A stretch of DNA of 64,000 nt from assembly GCF_000150275.1 (NCBI RefSeq), contig NW_002060964.1, forward strand, positions 611,643-675,642, read 5' to 3'. Each line of letters begins with the position of its first letter. Position 1 is the first letter of the stretch. The notes under the pieces were generated by a model. It saw only the letters and a program-made list of their open reading frames with translations, did not search any database and was not told where the DNA came from. Origin of the DNA: Trichoplax adhaerens. Its lineage: Eukaryota > Animalia > Placozoa. The position numbers were made by a program, and so were the translations under genes. This document shows, in pieces, positions 49,301-62,687 of the stretch.

Positions 49301-52300
49301 CCGGACACTATCGCATATCCATTGTACTCGCATCTCAGCCTATTAATTGATTACGAATAATTAATACAAGCCTATTGGTAAAGTCAATCAGTATGTCGGT
49401 TGCAAATAATATAACAATATTAATGTTAACATGCATTTATTATATAAAAATTAAAGACATACTTTTTTCGTGAATTTATCAGCCAGGCGCTCAAGCCGCT
49501 CTTGTCTGTCAAAAGCGTGTGATAATATTTTCAGATTATCTATATAAAGGAAAGATTTAACATTGCAAATAGCTACCTTATGATTTCTTCTCTTAACGCC
49601 TGTTCACGATCATGTTCTGCATTTTCTAGCTGTTCCCAGCTCTATACGTAAACATCGATAACTTTATATATAATATGCACTTGTGTTAAAACATCCTAAC
49701 ATGTATTCAATACAACAATTATGCAGAACGTTTACGCTATAACTGAAATGATTCATTACCTTGTTAATATCAGAAATAGTTTTATCCGCTACGGGTATAA
49801 AGCCCTTACGATTGTTTGAGCGCAGTTTACTTTGAATTGTAAAAAATTTCTCTTCCAGCGTCCCCTTTTCCAAGTAACTAGAACGGTATATCGTAAAAAG
49901 AACGTAGATTAAAATTTATCTTTCTTTAGAAAATAAAGAATTATTAAGCGATTTAATTCAGTAATACCGCAGTGGTTTATCGACTGTACGATATGTTTTG
50001 AATTCAGATAGCTGTCGTTGGACTCCATCGAGATTGTTTTCAAATTGTCTATCAGACAATATAACTATCATTGCTCTAATCCATTTCAAAAGATTCGAAG
50101 CTAAAGTATCATATTCTTGCATCATTTTTTCAAGATCCATGATGCAATTCATAACCTTGTTAACGGATAAAAATCAATTTATGAAAACAGGTATACATAA
50201 AAGTAAAACGACAAAACGTGTGAAATGATAGTAAAACTTATGATAAACAAAGCTAGACTTAGCTACGATATATCATACTCACCTTCCAAATTCGGCGTTC
50301 TACTACATTTTCTGCTTTCAACTTAGAAAACGATTGATAATAAGAAGCAACATAAGTCATAATAGATTTTTCATCAGGATTTTCTACGCAGATATCTAAA
50401 GCGAGCCAGCAGAGATTTCGTTAAAAAAATTCCATTAAACGCGAAAAGAAAGATACGTAAACAACAACTAATAAAATCTTAATCAGGTATTCAAAAAATA
50501 TTCTTATAACTGTGTAGTATAACAGTATTAGAAAATAATACATAGCGGTATAGATATAACACTCTCAATGCATTTATCAGGTAGATGACATACTGTATAT
50601 TTTTTATTTATCTACCTTCAGCATCTAGCAAAGGGGCAATTCCAAAGCACTCGTCCGCAACTGTGAAAGCAAGTCGCAAATTTTCCAGCGCGTTATCGGG
50701 TGAAAGTCGATCATAATCAACCACATCTGGCCTAATAAATTTAGCCGAAAGGAATAGTCATAATTAACAGAAGAATAATACCAAATTGTGTATGCGCCTA
50801 AAATATTGTATTAGTGGTAGACGGAAGAAAATATCCTGAGTTGACAGCTACAAAGAAAAATACCGGTGTTTATGAATAAGCGCATTAAATGCCAGTCCAT
50901 TCCGCCAACTGGACGTAAAATTCGTCACTCTTACATTTGTATAACTACATAAGGGATAAAAATTGTAAAAGAATGGGATTAAACAATAAGAAAAATTTAT
51001 GCAAGAACCACCACTGTAATTTTAGTAATAACTAACTTGATTACATAGCAACAAGAGTAATTCTAACACTTAAGGACATGCTAGGCCTTTGTATTAACAT
51101 ACGTTAAAGTAAAAATAGTCGGAGATTTACTTGTGAAACATATTTTTTAATCATAATTGAAGTATTCGTTACGATCTGGTATTTAGACAGTCAATATCGA
51201 AGATTTAAATGAATCGTATAAATAATCGACGGTAATTGCTGTATTATGACGTTGACAGAAAGCAGGTGTATAAAGTTACAGTATAAAAAAGTAAGCAAAC
51301 TTGTAACACTACGAACAACGGTGATATATAAAAAGCTTCCCAGAATCAGCGGAGAAAGTACTCGTATATAAGAAACAAGGAAATTTTCTCATTTGAAGTA
51401 AAAGTATATAATAAATTCTACGGGGATAAAGATACTACGCACGCTGTTTCGTCATTAAAATCGTAAATATAATGCTATACTCTTTCTTCTACTGTGTCTA
51501 TAAATTAGTCATAGGTTCAATGCAAGTTTTTTAAAAGTAAGAGGCGAACCCACAAAAAATTCTAATTCTACTTGTGTTCTTGTTTCTAGATGTATAATCA
51601 ATCTCTTTCAAAGTGATTGACTTCACTTACTTGGCTGTTTTCAATTTACACCAAACAAGCAAGGCGTCTTTAGCAGACCTTTTTTCGGTCGATTCAGTCG
51701 TTTCACCTTCGATACGTATATCCTGAATCTGAATTCAATCATTCCTACGTTACATCTTTACAGTTACACCAAGCTAAACACATCAATAAGCACAGTAATA
51801 TCATTTTTAGCAGTTGTGATTCACCGTAACGGTGTTTCTATCAGGAGATAGTTAAAAATATACATGTATGCCAGGTGGACCAATCAGTTCAACTATAATT
51901 TTATCCTGTTTTTGTAATTGTCTATAACCTAATCTCATCACATTGTACACTATTCATCAACAATAGGAATGTATTGTATTGCATTCGCTTAATTGAACAT
52001 TGAATTCTAAAGCGATGATGATAAAAGAATCACGATTTTATTACTTTAACCTGCAGAGTAAGATTGTTTATTCAAACATTGTTCCACTAGTAACTAATAG
52101 ACTTTCTCCATTGTAGTAAAAGAATTAAATTCCCAGTTATTACTAGATGATAGAGTAAAAGAACATATCAAGTTTACTTGCTTTCTTTTCAGAATACCTG
52201 AAATCTTAAAATAATGGTCCATATTAAGCCCAAAATAATTCGTTGATTTCCGTCGACAATATCATGAGCGCCAATATTTTCTAGTTTCACCTACATTCAT

Positions 52301-54557
52301 TGGAGAGTAAGTTTTGTTAATGCAGGAAAGAAACCCATTTAAAAATAGCATTACTCCTGTGGCAATTTTAAAATGCTAGTTTGGGTAATACATAGGTTTA
52401 GGTTTATAAATATTGCTTTTTTTTTGCCCAACTCGGTGGTCACTACAGAGTTACATGGATATAAAAAAAAAATTGTTATTCCTCTATGAATACCGTAGGT
52501 TAACAAAATATTATACATATATACTGTAACACAATATCGAAACGGTATTAACCAAGTTTTGGAACTGATTCAGACTACTTGATACTACAGAAGAATAGTC
52601 CAAAAAGTCTATAGGATCGATTACAAAGAAAACTATTCAAAAATTTGCAACTGAAATGCAAATATCACTGCTTTGTAAATTTAGAAGACTTGCCTATTTC
52701 TGTTACAATAGAGTAAATAAATAGTTTCAAGGGTATTTGTTTTTGCAATAGTTTAACATTATAATCTAGACATTGGAAAGCGCTGATACAAAAACCCGTA
52801 ACTTATTGATATACGATTTTCAATTGAGTACTACATCTATCTTTGCCTTACATGTTTATGGATTAAAAATTTCAAGACGGCATTCAGATTTTGAATGAGA
52901 TGAATTCGCATTCTACCACGTGCCGGTTTCGGCTAACATATCCATCCAAATGAAAGCAGTCCCAAAATAATTCCATTTCATTTACAAAAATAAAGCAACC
53001 AAACGTGTTTGAAAAGAATTATCAATCATACTCTTGAGAAATTCTAGAGTAACTAGATTAGACGAAGTGATAAGAAAATTTACTGAATCACAAATACTGT
53101 ACAGTACTGCCACTTTGACATCCTGTCATGCCGTTGAACGAATAATAGTTTATAATTTAATGATAGACAGCAGCAATAGATTCAATGAAAAATAGTTTAG
53201 TTTGGGAGATAGTTTATTTACGCTACAGAAAAGTAGAGAGAGGTTTTGCAACACCATGCATACAAGACAAGGCTAGTCATGACCTATTGATTCAACAGTC
53301 TATCATGACTATTTTGTTTCCTACAAATAGGAAAATCAATTCACTATTCCTTAAGGTCCAAACTTTATCAATCAATTAAAAAAAAGGACTACTTTGTTGC
53401 CTACTGTATGCTGCAAACGTCAATTCTACCGTACAAGATTATTTCATCAAAGTTTGAATGGACTATTGGGGGCTATCGATCGATTGGTCATCCTGTCTAA
53501 CTTTTGAATGCTGCTAAGTTGTACTAACATTATCACAACAAATGTATGAATTGGCAATCAAAACATCATTAATGCAATGTGTTATCATAACAAGCGAGTC
53601 CAACAAGCTAATTGAATATTTTTACCAATTTCTCCCCAGATAAAACTTCCAACAGGCGTAGTAGAACCGTTCCATCGCAAAGATCGCTATACAAATTGTC
53701 AATATTTAATCCCACTCTTGACAAGCATGAATTGACCCATTTGGTAAAAGTTTTCTTTTGGACTTTTTCAAGCTCAGCTAAGACATTAATTAAGTTAAGA
53801 AAACAAATACGCATATTATTTATTGATTATTTAAATGAAGGGTAAAATGAGTCTTTGCTCTGTTGACAATGCAATATTTTTTTTCGTCTGACACACGTCT
53901 ATTGCTAGTGCATTGAATCAAAACTACTGTACTATGGTACAATGACTTGACAGTGAAAATAAAGTGGAAAAGCTAATGAAGTCGAAACTGTTGAGAAATT
54001 TCTATTCCTTGGCTCTTCTCTGACTACCTAAAAAAAACAAATTAATACGAAGAAAAGAGCTTATAAAACTAACTAATCCATTGGCCATCCTCATTTTCTT
54101 TCAATTTTAAAAGAAGAAAAACGTATTATATGGCAGTCCATGAAAATGGCGGCACGATAACTATTCAAGTATGACGCGTCAAGCGCCATATTTTTCTATG
54201 GAATGTAGCGTAGTCTTTTAGCCTTTCAAGCAGAGCGTAAAATAAGCCTAAAAAAAAATCACAACATGCATCTATGCTATTTCTAAGTCTATCCTAGTGA
54301 TAGAGTGGATAGTGCTGTATTGGTTTGACTATTAAAACTACGATTAAGTGAGAAAATAGCCTTGTCACCAAGACTGTAAAGAAAACTTGAAATCATTGAA
54401 AATGGTGAAGAAAATGCATTCTTTTGGTCATTGACTGATGGAAGATTATTGGTATTGGTTATCCTATCAATCAACCTGCTAGAGTTCGTATTCTTGCTCT
54501 TTCGAAATGGCTGGCCCTGGATACATCAGAATTAGGTGAAGTAGTCGATTTATTCAT
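40343..54557 (-). CDS. SPTBN: Conventional beta-spectrin, paralog 2 (more divergent; CH1-CH2, 17 repeats, PH), ~40 exons
   Basis: Starts [27 protein letters not shown]|[14 protein letters not shown]. Contains [36 protein letters not shown] and [14 protein letters not shown] exons include [21 protein letters not shown] and [23 protein letters not shown]. The C-terminus is KRLNFFKKK*. Exon boundaries mirror paralog 1. Confidence 0.95.
42806..42948 (-). other. Probable GC-AG intron in beta-spectrin 2
   Basis: The exon ends HYLGNE|gctagt at the position homologous to YAKKE|gtaata in paralog 1. The next exon (IIKKLDVL) needs phase 0, and the nearby GT is out of phase. Confidence 0.65.
46036..48578 (-). 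CDS. SPTBN: Giant 2543-nt internal exon of beta-spectrin 2 (homologous to 25671-28219)
   Basis: Corresponds to the 860-aa ORF 46030-48612, with a ttag|GCA acceptor and an ACG|gtata donor; colinear with the paralog 1 exon. Confidence 0.94.
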
Positions 54558-54679
54558 CGTCAATGCCTGGTCGGGACTATTCTGGACCACTAAAATCCAA
54601 AATGGAAAAATGGATTGGCTTTCAAAGTGCAAATGGCAAGCATACAAGCGCCGGTATTGAACTGTGAATTCAATCAATG

Positions 54680-54950
54680 CTCTCTTGTCGATTGGCTCGT
54701 CTCACTTTAGCGGCTGGACGAGCTTTGAGTGCGCAGGTGCCGCGCTCAACCTGTCCAATGGTCAAAGTACAGTGTACAGTGCAAAGAAAAAGCCTGAGCG
54801 AGAGTATGGCTACCGCTATTTAGTATGGTACTGATACAGTACCGAAAAACTGAGTTTACCATATTATACCAATGAGGCAATGACTACTGAACTAAGAATG
54901 CAAGAGAAAATTTGTCTTGTGCAAGTACAGTGTACTGTACTGTATAGTGT
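54680..54950 (-). promoter_or_regulatory. Putative promoter region of beta-spectrin 2
   Basis: Locally GC-richer segment just upstream of the ATG at 54557, with CCAAT/ATTGG boxes (~54691, ~54755) and clustered GTACAGT/ACTGTAC words. Confidence 0.35.
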
Positions 54951-55599
54951 GATTCATTTCTGATCACAAAACGAAAAATGAAATAAAATGCATCAATATC
55001 GCACAGTTTGGAGTAAAATTTGGATCAATCGATATGTCGTCATGTCAATTTTGATCGGAGTAGTCTTCCAATTACTCCAAGATAGGTGCCGATTTTTCCC
55101 AAAGGAAATTAATCATGCTGTACTGTACAATACTGAACGTGACCAACTACAGTACAATGTACTGACATGTTACAGTGCATACCCACTACAGTGTATTGTA
55201 TATTGTCGGAATCTGGAAAAGGAATACTGCGGTCTCGCGATGTTGAAACCCCTAGCCATGAAAAATATGAAAGTTCTCTTTTAATAATAATATGATGAAA
55301 ATAGTAGCGAGTACTCTCTGACTGTCCTGACAGCTGCAGTACAATTGACAAAAAATTGCCGATCAAATGCATTAATGCACTTAATGTACTTGATCCAAAA
55401 TTTCTCTTTTACTATACTGGATTTAGGCTTCGCTACGACTGTTGACTGCGACTACAATGCCGACTCAACTGCTGTAATGATCTGCGATCTCCGTTCATCA
55501 AGGCTGTAATAATAGGCGTAAGCTTGTTGATGGTCTGGTCTGATCTTAATATCAAGTGGCTTGAAATTTGAAGGCCAGACCTTGAAAAGCGATATGCAG

Positions 55600-56420
55600 C
55601 TGGAAATAAATCCATCAATCTTGCCGACGCTCCTTTGAAGTAAAATACAGCCTGCATCAATACCGGCAAGCCTGATACTTTGAAGTAGAGTATAATAAGA
55701 AAGCCACCTCTGACCGTATCGATGCCGACCATTGGCAGACTAAGCATTTATGGTGCAGCATCGATTAAAGCCAATGATTATTCTTCAAATAAATCAATGA
55801 ATCTTGACTTTGCTAAATTCACAGCCAGCACAAATGCCAATAACGCTAATACATAGAGTCAATTATGATGCAACAACGATTGAAGCCAATGATTAATCTT
55901 AATATAAATAAATATACACGCATAGAGTGTAAGTTAATAAATCTTGCTTCTACAAAAGTGGACTACAGCTGATATTGATGCTATCAACTCTGCTATTGCA
56001 GAGGTACAACATCAGTTGAAGCTAACGATTAATTCGAAAATCAATCAATCAATCTTGTTACCACTAAAGTGGACTATAACCAGCATCGATACCAACCACT
56101 GTGATATGAACGCAAATGTTACAGTGGTGTAACATCTAATGATTGCACTTCAAATCGAGGAATAAACTTGCCTCGACGGAAATAGAGCACAGCCAGCATG
56201 ATGCCGACAACTCTGAATGTCTCGCAATGACTTCTCAATCTACACAATAGACATGGACTATTACAGAACACCCAATATCGAGTAGTCTATGGGCCTACTG
56301 TAAATCGCTCAACTGTTAGAGTGGTGTAAAATCCAACGAAGCTATTCACTGCCCAAATATAATCTAGCCTCTGCGAAAATGGAGTGTAGCAGGTAGCATG
56401 GATGCCGGCAACTCGGGCAC
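55600..56420 (+). repeat. Degenerate array of about 6 repeat units, possibly a decayed coding repeat
   Basis: The core aat(c/a)aatcttgc...aa(g/a)tgga.(t/c)acagccagcat.gatgcc.acaactc recurs near 55604, 55787, 55935, 56037, 56160 and 56360. Confidence 0.6.
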
Positions 56421-59400
56421 TTAACATATTGTCATAATACCCCTTACCCTAACAACATTTTTAAATAATTCACTACACTATGCTACCCTTTTCATCGATG
56501 CCAATTTTATAATACCGAATAACACATCGCATGGCGGTAAAACCGTTATTTAAGTATCTGAGTGGCGTGGTAAATGTAATAATGAGTAATGAAGCTACGC
56601 CAATAACTACTTCACAGTATTCTAGTTGGATGATAGAAATGTTTACTGTAGTATAGCGCTTAATTGAAGCCTGTTTGCATAATCTCTGGCTGCAGATAGT
56701 CCTTGCTAAAAGAGCTAATTTATACAGTATACGCGTAATAAAGTAAGCCTTGTACGGTATTATAGAGATACCTTGCACATTAAACAAGAAATCAAAACCT
56801 TGCCGTACTGTTCTTGAGTCACTTTATCACAATTTGTTGTAACACCGCACCAATTATACTACAGACTCTAAATTTCCATTCCCAAACTACCAGGATATGA
56901 TAAAGTATCTTCAAAATAATAAAACAAGAACTATAGTTTCTAGTAAATTTTACTCTAGTAAGGTAGGGTTCATCTCACAACTGCCAACGACTATCTAGCT
57001 GCAATCAGACCATATCATTTACTACAGTAAAATTCATCATGGATGATATACATTTTAGATAACTGTCATCATAAGCTAATTGGGGACTGCACTATACATA
57101 GTTAAAACTCAATACATCAGGCAATTTCATATTTTACGTATAATCGGTTATAAACAAGCCCAAACAATATCCATCTAGGTATAGATCATAAATCTTTTCC
57201 CTCTACTGTATAAAATATCTGACCTACTACGGTACTTTCCAGTTTACTAGGTGCATATAATGTACTTTAGTTTTAGCAAGATAGAAATATCATCAGAGTA
57301 ATGAACTTTTCCACTTTCGTTCAAGAAGTTAACACTATCATCATAATCGAACACAATTTTACTTCATCATCTAATACTAAATTCCGATGCAATAAATATA
57401 CAACTGTAGGCTATATTCGAGGCAATGCCATACAACTATAGGCTTTCTATCGGATTAATATAACAACGGCCTCCAACCCATCTCTTCACTGGAATAGAAA
57501 CGAAAGAAACATAAAATGTACGCTTTCTTAGCTTGCAGAGGGATCGTCTACCAAGTACATGAATCGATATTACCCTTATATCGGATTCTTTTAGTAGCTG
57601 CATAAAAGTGAATCCGCAGGGATTATCGATTATAAGATTTTCGTCGAGTTTAAAAGATTTACTACCTCAATGGCTACTAAAATAATCACTCCATTGCATA
57701 TTGGCAAAGTCATAAAATGGATCTATATAAGACTAGATCGTTTTCATTCTCTACAATATGCGCTTATCGTTCTACTACCAGTTTGTACTTAATTCTGTGC
57801 AAACTTCGGTTCTATTGCCAGTTTGTACTCATATCTCCGCAAATATCAAGTGGTTATAATGGTAAGTACGAGATATTATTATCACTATTTAAATCGGAAT
57901 CAAAGCCATATCTTCCTACCTTGAAATTTAATATAAGTTTTCACCATTATGAAATGCCGTAGATCAAGTATTATACGCACACTAGCCTTGTAATCTTCTT
58001 TAAGGCAATAACTGTGGGCTAAAGTATGTCACTATTTATCCAACCACGATGACCCTCCGCATCGATTTCGTCGAATAGCAAACTAATCCAAAGGTTAACA
58101 AAGTTTTGTAAATAATTCTTGGGTGGCGTATCTTTATCTTCTTCAAACTTCTAAAGTTTACTAGAACAGAATAAGGTAATTATAGGAAGCTCCGATACTA
58201 GGAAATTTCCAAGCGGTAATATTGCCCGTTATCCGTATGTTAGCTGTGAAAAGTTTAAATTAAAAAGTATACGAGCACAGTAGGCAACTGATGACGTAAC
58301 GCCATGACGCTATAGCGTCTCTTCCGTTTAGAGAAAAGAACTCAGCCTCTGAAGATGTTCAATGTCTCTGTTCATAATAAATTACTATCACATTTTATCA
58401 TACTAATCATGCCACTAAAAGATGAATCAAACCAGTAATTGCTTTAATTTTATTAGGCTGCTCTAGAATATTCCAGGTGAGCAAATAAAACAAAGCAATT
58501 TAATTAAGCCTTCAAACAGTGGCAGTAAATCTGACGATAGAATTGCAGTTGAGGTATTGCTTTCTATACCAATTAAGAGATTAATCAGAAATAACAAAAA
58601 ATGTCATACGTCTGGTAAACTATTCTAATTTATTCCATTAAATACTGCTGCAAATCCACACATTATCATTCCATTTTTACAAGAAGCCTCTTTGATAATT
58701 GTCGAATGACTACTGAACTTCAAAAGCTATACTACTTTTTAATTCAATATGGCGTGATATTTATCATATCTGCATCCACGCTTTATGATTTCAGAATTCA
58801 GCAAGGTTAAATTTAGGATATCGGCCTCCTTCATTAGGGAAATTCGTCGATTTACTATTTTAGAGTATTTTAACAACAAAATACTCCTAAAACGAGCTAC
58901 TACCGTGTACGAGAGGTCTACGCGAGCTTTTATTAAAAGAAAATGATCACAATTGAATCGATCATCTATTTAGCTATAATACTGCACGTATATCAACACA
59001 TTAGTTTTATCAACATATTATTTGATGCAGTTGCAGAATCCTTGAAATTTTGAAGCTGATGTTTACCTATTTACTGCGAACTTAACTGCTGATGATGTAT
59101 AATAAAATTAAGCATTTCTTTGTTGGTGAAAGCCTAATATTATGGATGAACTATAATTAAAGCCTCGATTTCAACAATTTTCTGAAGATTAGAAGTTCTA
59201 TAATATAGTTACATGCAACGTTTGCAATTCTACAACAGGGAGTGAATAATAATATAATATGGCGATGTGAAGGAAATAATCACATGTCTCCATCGATACT
59301 CAGAAAATTAAGCCAGAACTAAACCAATTGCCTATTCGCATACAAGTACAGCAATAACTATAGATCGAGTTTATTCCTATGAAGTAGCCTTCAATCATAT

Positions 59401-62400
59401 TCACTTGATGCGATTTCCGTTTTCGTAAAAGATGTTTTTTGTAACTAATATGACTTTTAAGCACTTTTATATCGGTAGTCACTTATACTGCATGGAGCTT
59501 ACTACGTAACTGTAAGCCTTTTAACAATACACCTGTAGTCCCAGTTTAAAGCAGATAGCGTAAGACTTAAATAGCCTTGATTGTCAATGATGAGCTCAGT
59601 TTTAGAATAAAGACGAATTTCTTATTTTATCACATGTTTGTAGAACTTCTTACAATACAAAACGTACCAAACTACTGCATCCTTAACCAAAAACGAGTAA
59701 ATTCTCGATTTAAATTTCATTTTCAAAGCAAGTCTTGTTAACTTAATAAAGGGACGATACGAAACATTTAACATTTTGGTAATAACTCTTTTGCTCTTTA
59801 ATAAACGGATAAAATCTCCTACTGGACTGTGCTAATTCTTTTCGCTATTTTACTTAGGGAAATACTAGTATCTATGCTCCTACGTGGCCTAGTAGGCATC
59901 AAAAAGATAATAGCTGTACACTGTACTGGCTTACTGTATCTACCAACGCAAAAACTAACGCTTTAAAGTATTATTTTAGAAGTTAAAACCTTTCATAGCC
60001 AGGTAACGACGATCGTTTAATTAATATTCCAATCTATACGTCATAAACTGCAGCATGTATCTAAATGAATTCGTAAAATCCCTCTCGCAATGTATCCTAT
60101 GATACTTCATGAATGAAGGTTGATATAGTAGCAATGATAAATATTTACTTAGTTTAATATCAAATTCACTAATACCTGCAAAATAATATGGCTATGCTAA
60201 GCAATCGAAGCAAATTACTGGTACTCATGCCAGCCATACTAGTGTACAACACAAGAAACATCTATAATTCAGACCGACATACACGCACAAGCTCAAATCG
60301 CTTGATAGCATCGCGTAGTGATCACAAGTATTCAAGTACTGTACTGTATAAAGCAGTTTATTTAGGCTGCCATGAATTATCCTAAACCTCTCGATATCGT
60401 CGACTAGTAATCACAAGCGATAATAGATACAGTATTTTATTTTGGCTATTTAGTAGATTGAATCTAATCAAGATATACTAAAGTTCAATTTATCAAGATA
60501 CTGATAACTCAACTCAGTGTACGAGATTGGGTAGCTTGCCAAGAAACTCAAATCAATTATGACTTCCCAACACCAATAGGCTAAACCATTGCAGGATTGG
60601 CCTTCTGGCACATAACTACATATACAAAAGAGTACATATAAATTAGACAGATTTTGAAATAAAATAATAGTTGTAATTTGCATCGTATTAGCTTTGATAT
60701 GCGAATACACGCTTATATTTATTATATGAAATTTCACATCAATTCAAACCTATCAATTTTAATTCTGCATATACGCATTTCAACCTATAGTATATACTTA
60801 CATTCCAAAGCCTCCACTTATTTGATTATCTGATTCTCAATTACATTATGAGACAAATTCTAATTGCATTCCTCCCGTTTAGCAGTTTTACCCTTAAGTT
60901 TGCAACGCGTTGAGTCAATTACCTTTGCATAGAAGAATGCCCAGGATTGATGCAAACATCTAACTACTTAAATCAATCTTTTATGAAACAAAAGAAAAGC
61001 CTTAAGCTATATTGATGTTTCAGAATATTATAATAAAAAGGTTAAAACAACGATCATCCACTAATCATTTTAGACCATCATTTTATGGTTAGTGAGTCAT
61101 TCATATAGTTAAGCAAATTTTTAATTTAATTATATTTCATTGTCCAACCGTACGGAAAATTTTATTAATTTAATTAAAGGCAAGGCAAAAGACATAGCGC
61201 TGCGATTTAAAAACATCTTACAATGGTATAAATGATCATAAAATAATATTATTACGCATATATTAAAATCTGTAAATTTAAGCATCATTTACGTATATGT
61301 CATATACACGTATACGTAAGTATCATAAAGAAATCAATAGGTATCATCCATTCCAATTTTAAATGATTAGTTATTAATAATTAATTTTTTGTTAAATTCA
61401 GAAAGAAATGGAATGATTTTTCCATTCTTAGAATATGCTCATTACTCGACTAAGCGCATCAAAGTAGTGTTACTGTCAGTTTGATGAAAATCAAATTTAT
61501 TTAAAAGTCTATCTGTGTAGCCAAGATTTCTGGCTGTGCTTATAATAGGTAACTTGATCCTATAGCTTAAGGTTATATTTAATCTATGTTGACGTATACT
61601 TCATTTGGTGATCATTATCATTGTTTTTATTTGCTGCTAAAATTAATTGTTAATTTTGCGAAAGTGACAATTTCCCATTTCAATTACGACTTATTTATAT
61701 CTACTTATTAATTAAAAAATATCAAATATCATAGCAAAGTATAGTGTGATTCTTACTATACTGAGCATGTAGATTTGGCTACTAATTTGTTATTGGCTTG
61801 CACCAAAGAAATTGGTAAGACTATATAAAGCCTTAGAGTTAACAAGTGAGTTGGCAAGCTAGTCGCTAACAGTTGGTTGTAAATACTAAGTGACAAATTC
61901 AGTCAGACATATTAATAAATAGCTTTTAGGATAAACTTTCAATGTTTATCGTGAGTATACTATCATCTAAGACTCGAATCTAGGTTGTGGTAGATTAAAA
62001 AGTGCATGAAGCTAGTTGCTTAGATAGTTAAGGCTACTTTAGAGAAAGAAATTCCATTAATTTTTGTGTTGTAATCTCGGCTGTGATAGTAAAACATAAT
62101 CATTTTAAAGACATAAATATCAAAGTTGCATGCAAGCCATGGAGTTAACCCTGCATCGACTTTAAATCAGATTATCGTCCTATTATTGAGCCAAACTAAA
62201 TAATAGCTGAAAATTGCTGTCGTAATTTTACGTGCAGATGCTAATATTTACCGCTACTCTTCAGCTACCTTCATTATAATAGCATTGACTACGATACTGC
62301 ATGCAACGAGATCCGATAACTGTGATTAACAATAACTTTGCACAAGCTAGGTTTATTCCAATTTATACCAGCAGATCTTGATGACTTTAATATACCTAGC

Positions 62401-62626
62401 TATAATTATGAACACTCCTTATCTGATATTAAGCACTGACTAAGAGCACTTTATACAAAAAAGTGAAAGCTCAAATCTGCATTTGGACAAATAGTTTCGG
62501 ATTTTTTTTACGATTTTATGCTGCTTACCATTGCAAATAAAAAGTTTGCCTATGAATATATCTCAAAACGACAAAATAGGCATCTCATAATAGTAATTTA
62601 CCCAATTATTCTTTCTTAATGCATAT

Positions 62627-62687
62627 GTTACGGGCAAAACCCGATATTCGGCCAATACGCGGGCCAACTTCGGATTTTGGCCGTAAC
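62627..62687. repeat. Imperfect inverted repeat/hairpin (~27-bp stem, ~7-nt loop)
   Basis: 5' arm gttacgggcaaaacccgatattcggcc versus the reverse complement of the 3' arm, gttacggccaaaatccgaagttggccc. Confidence 0.8.
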
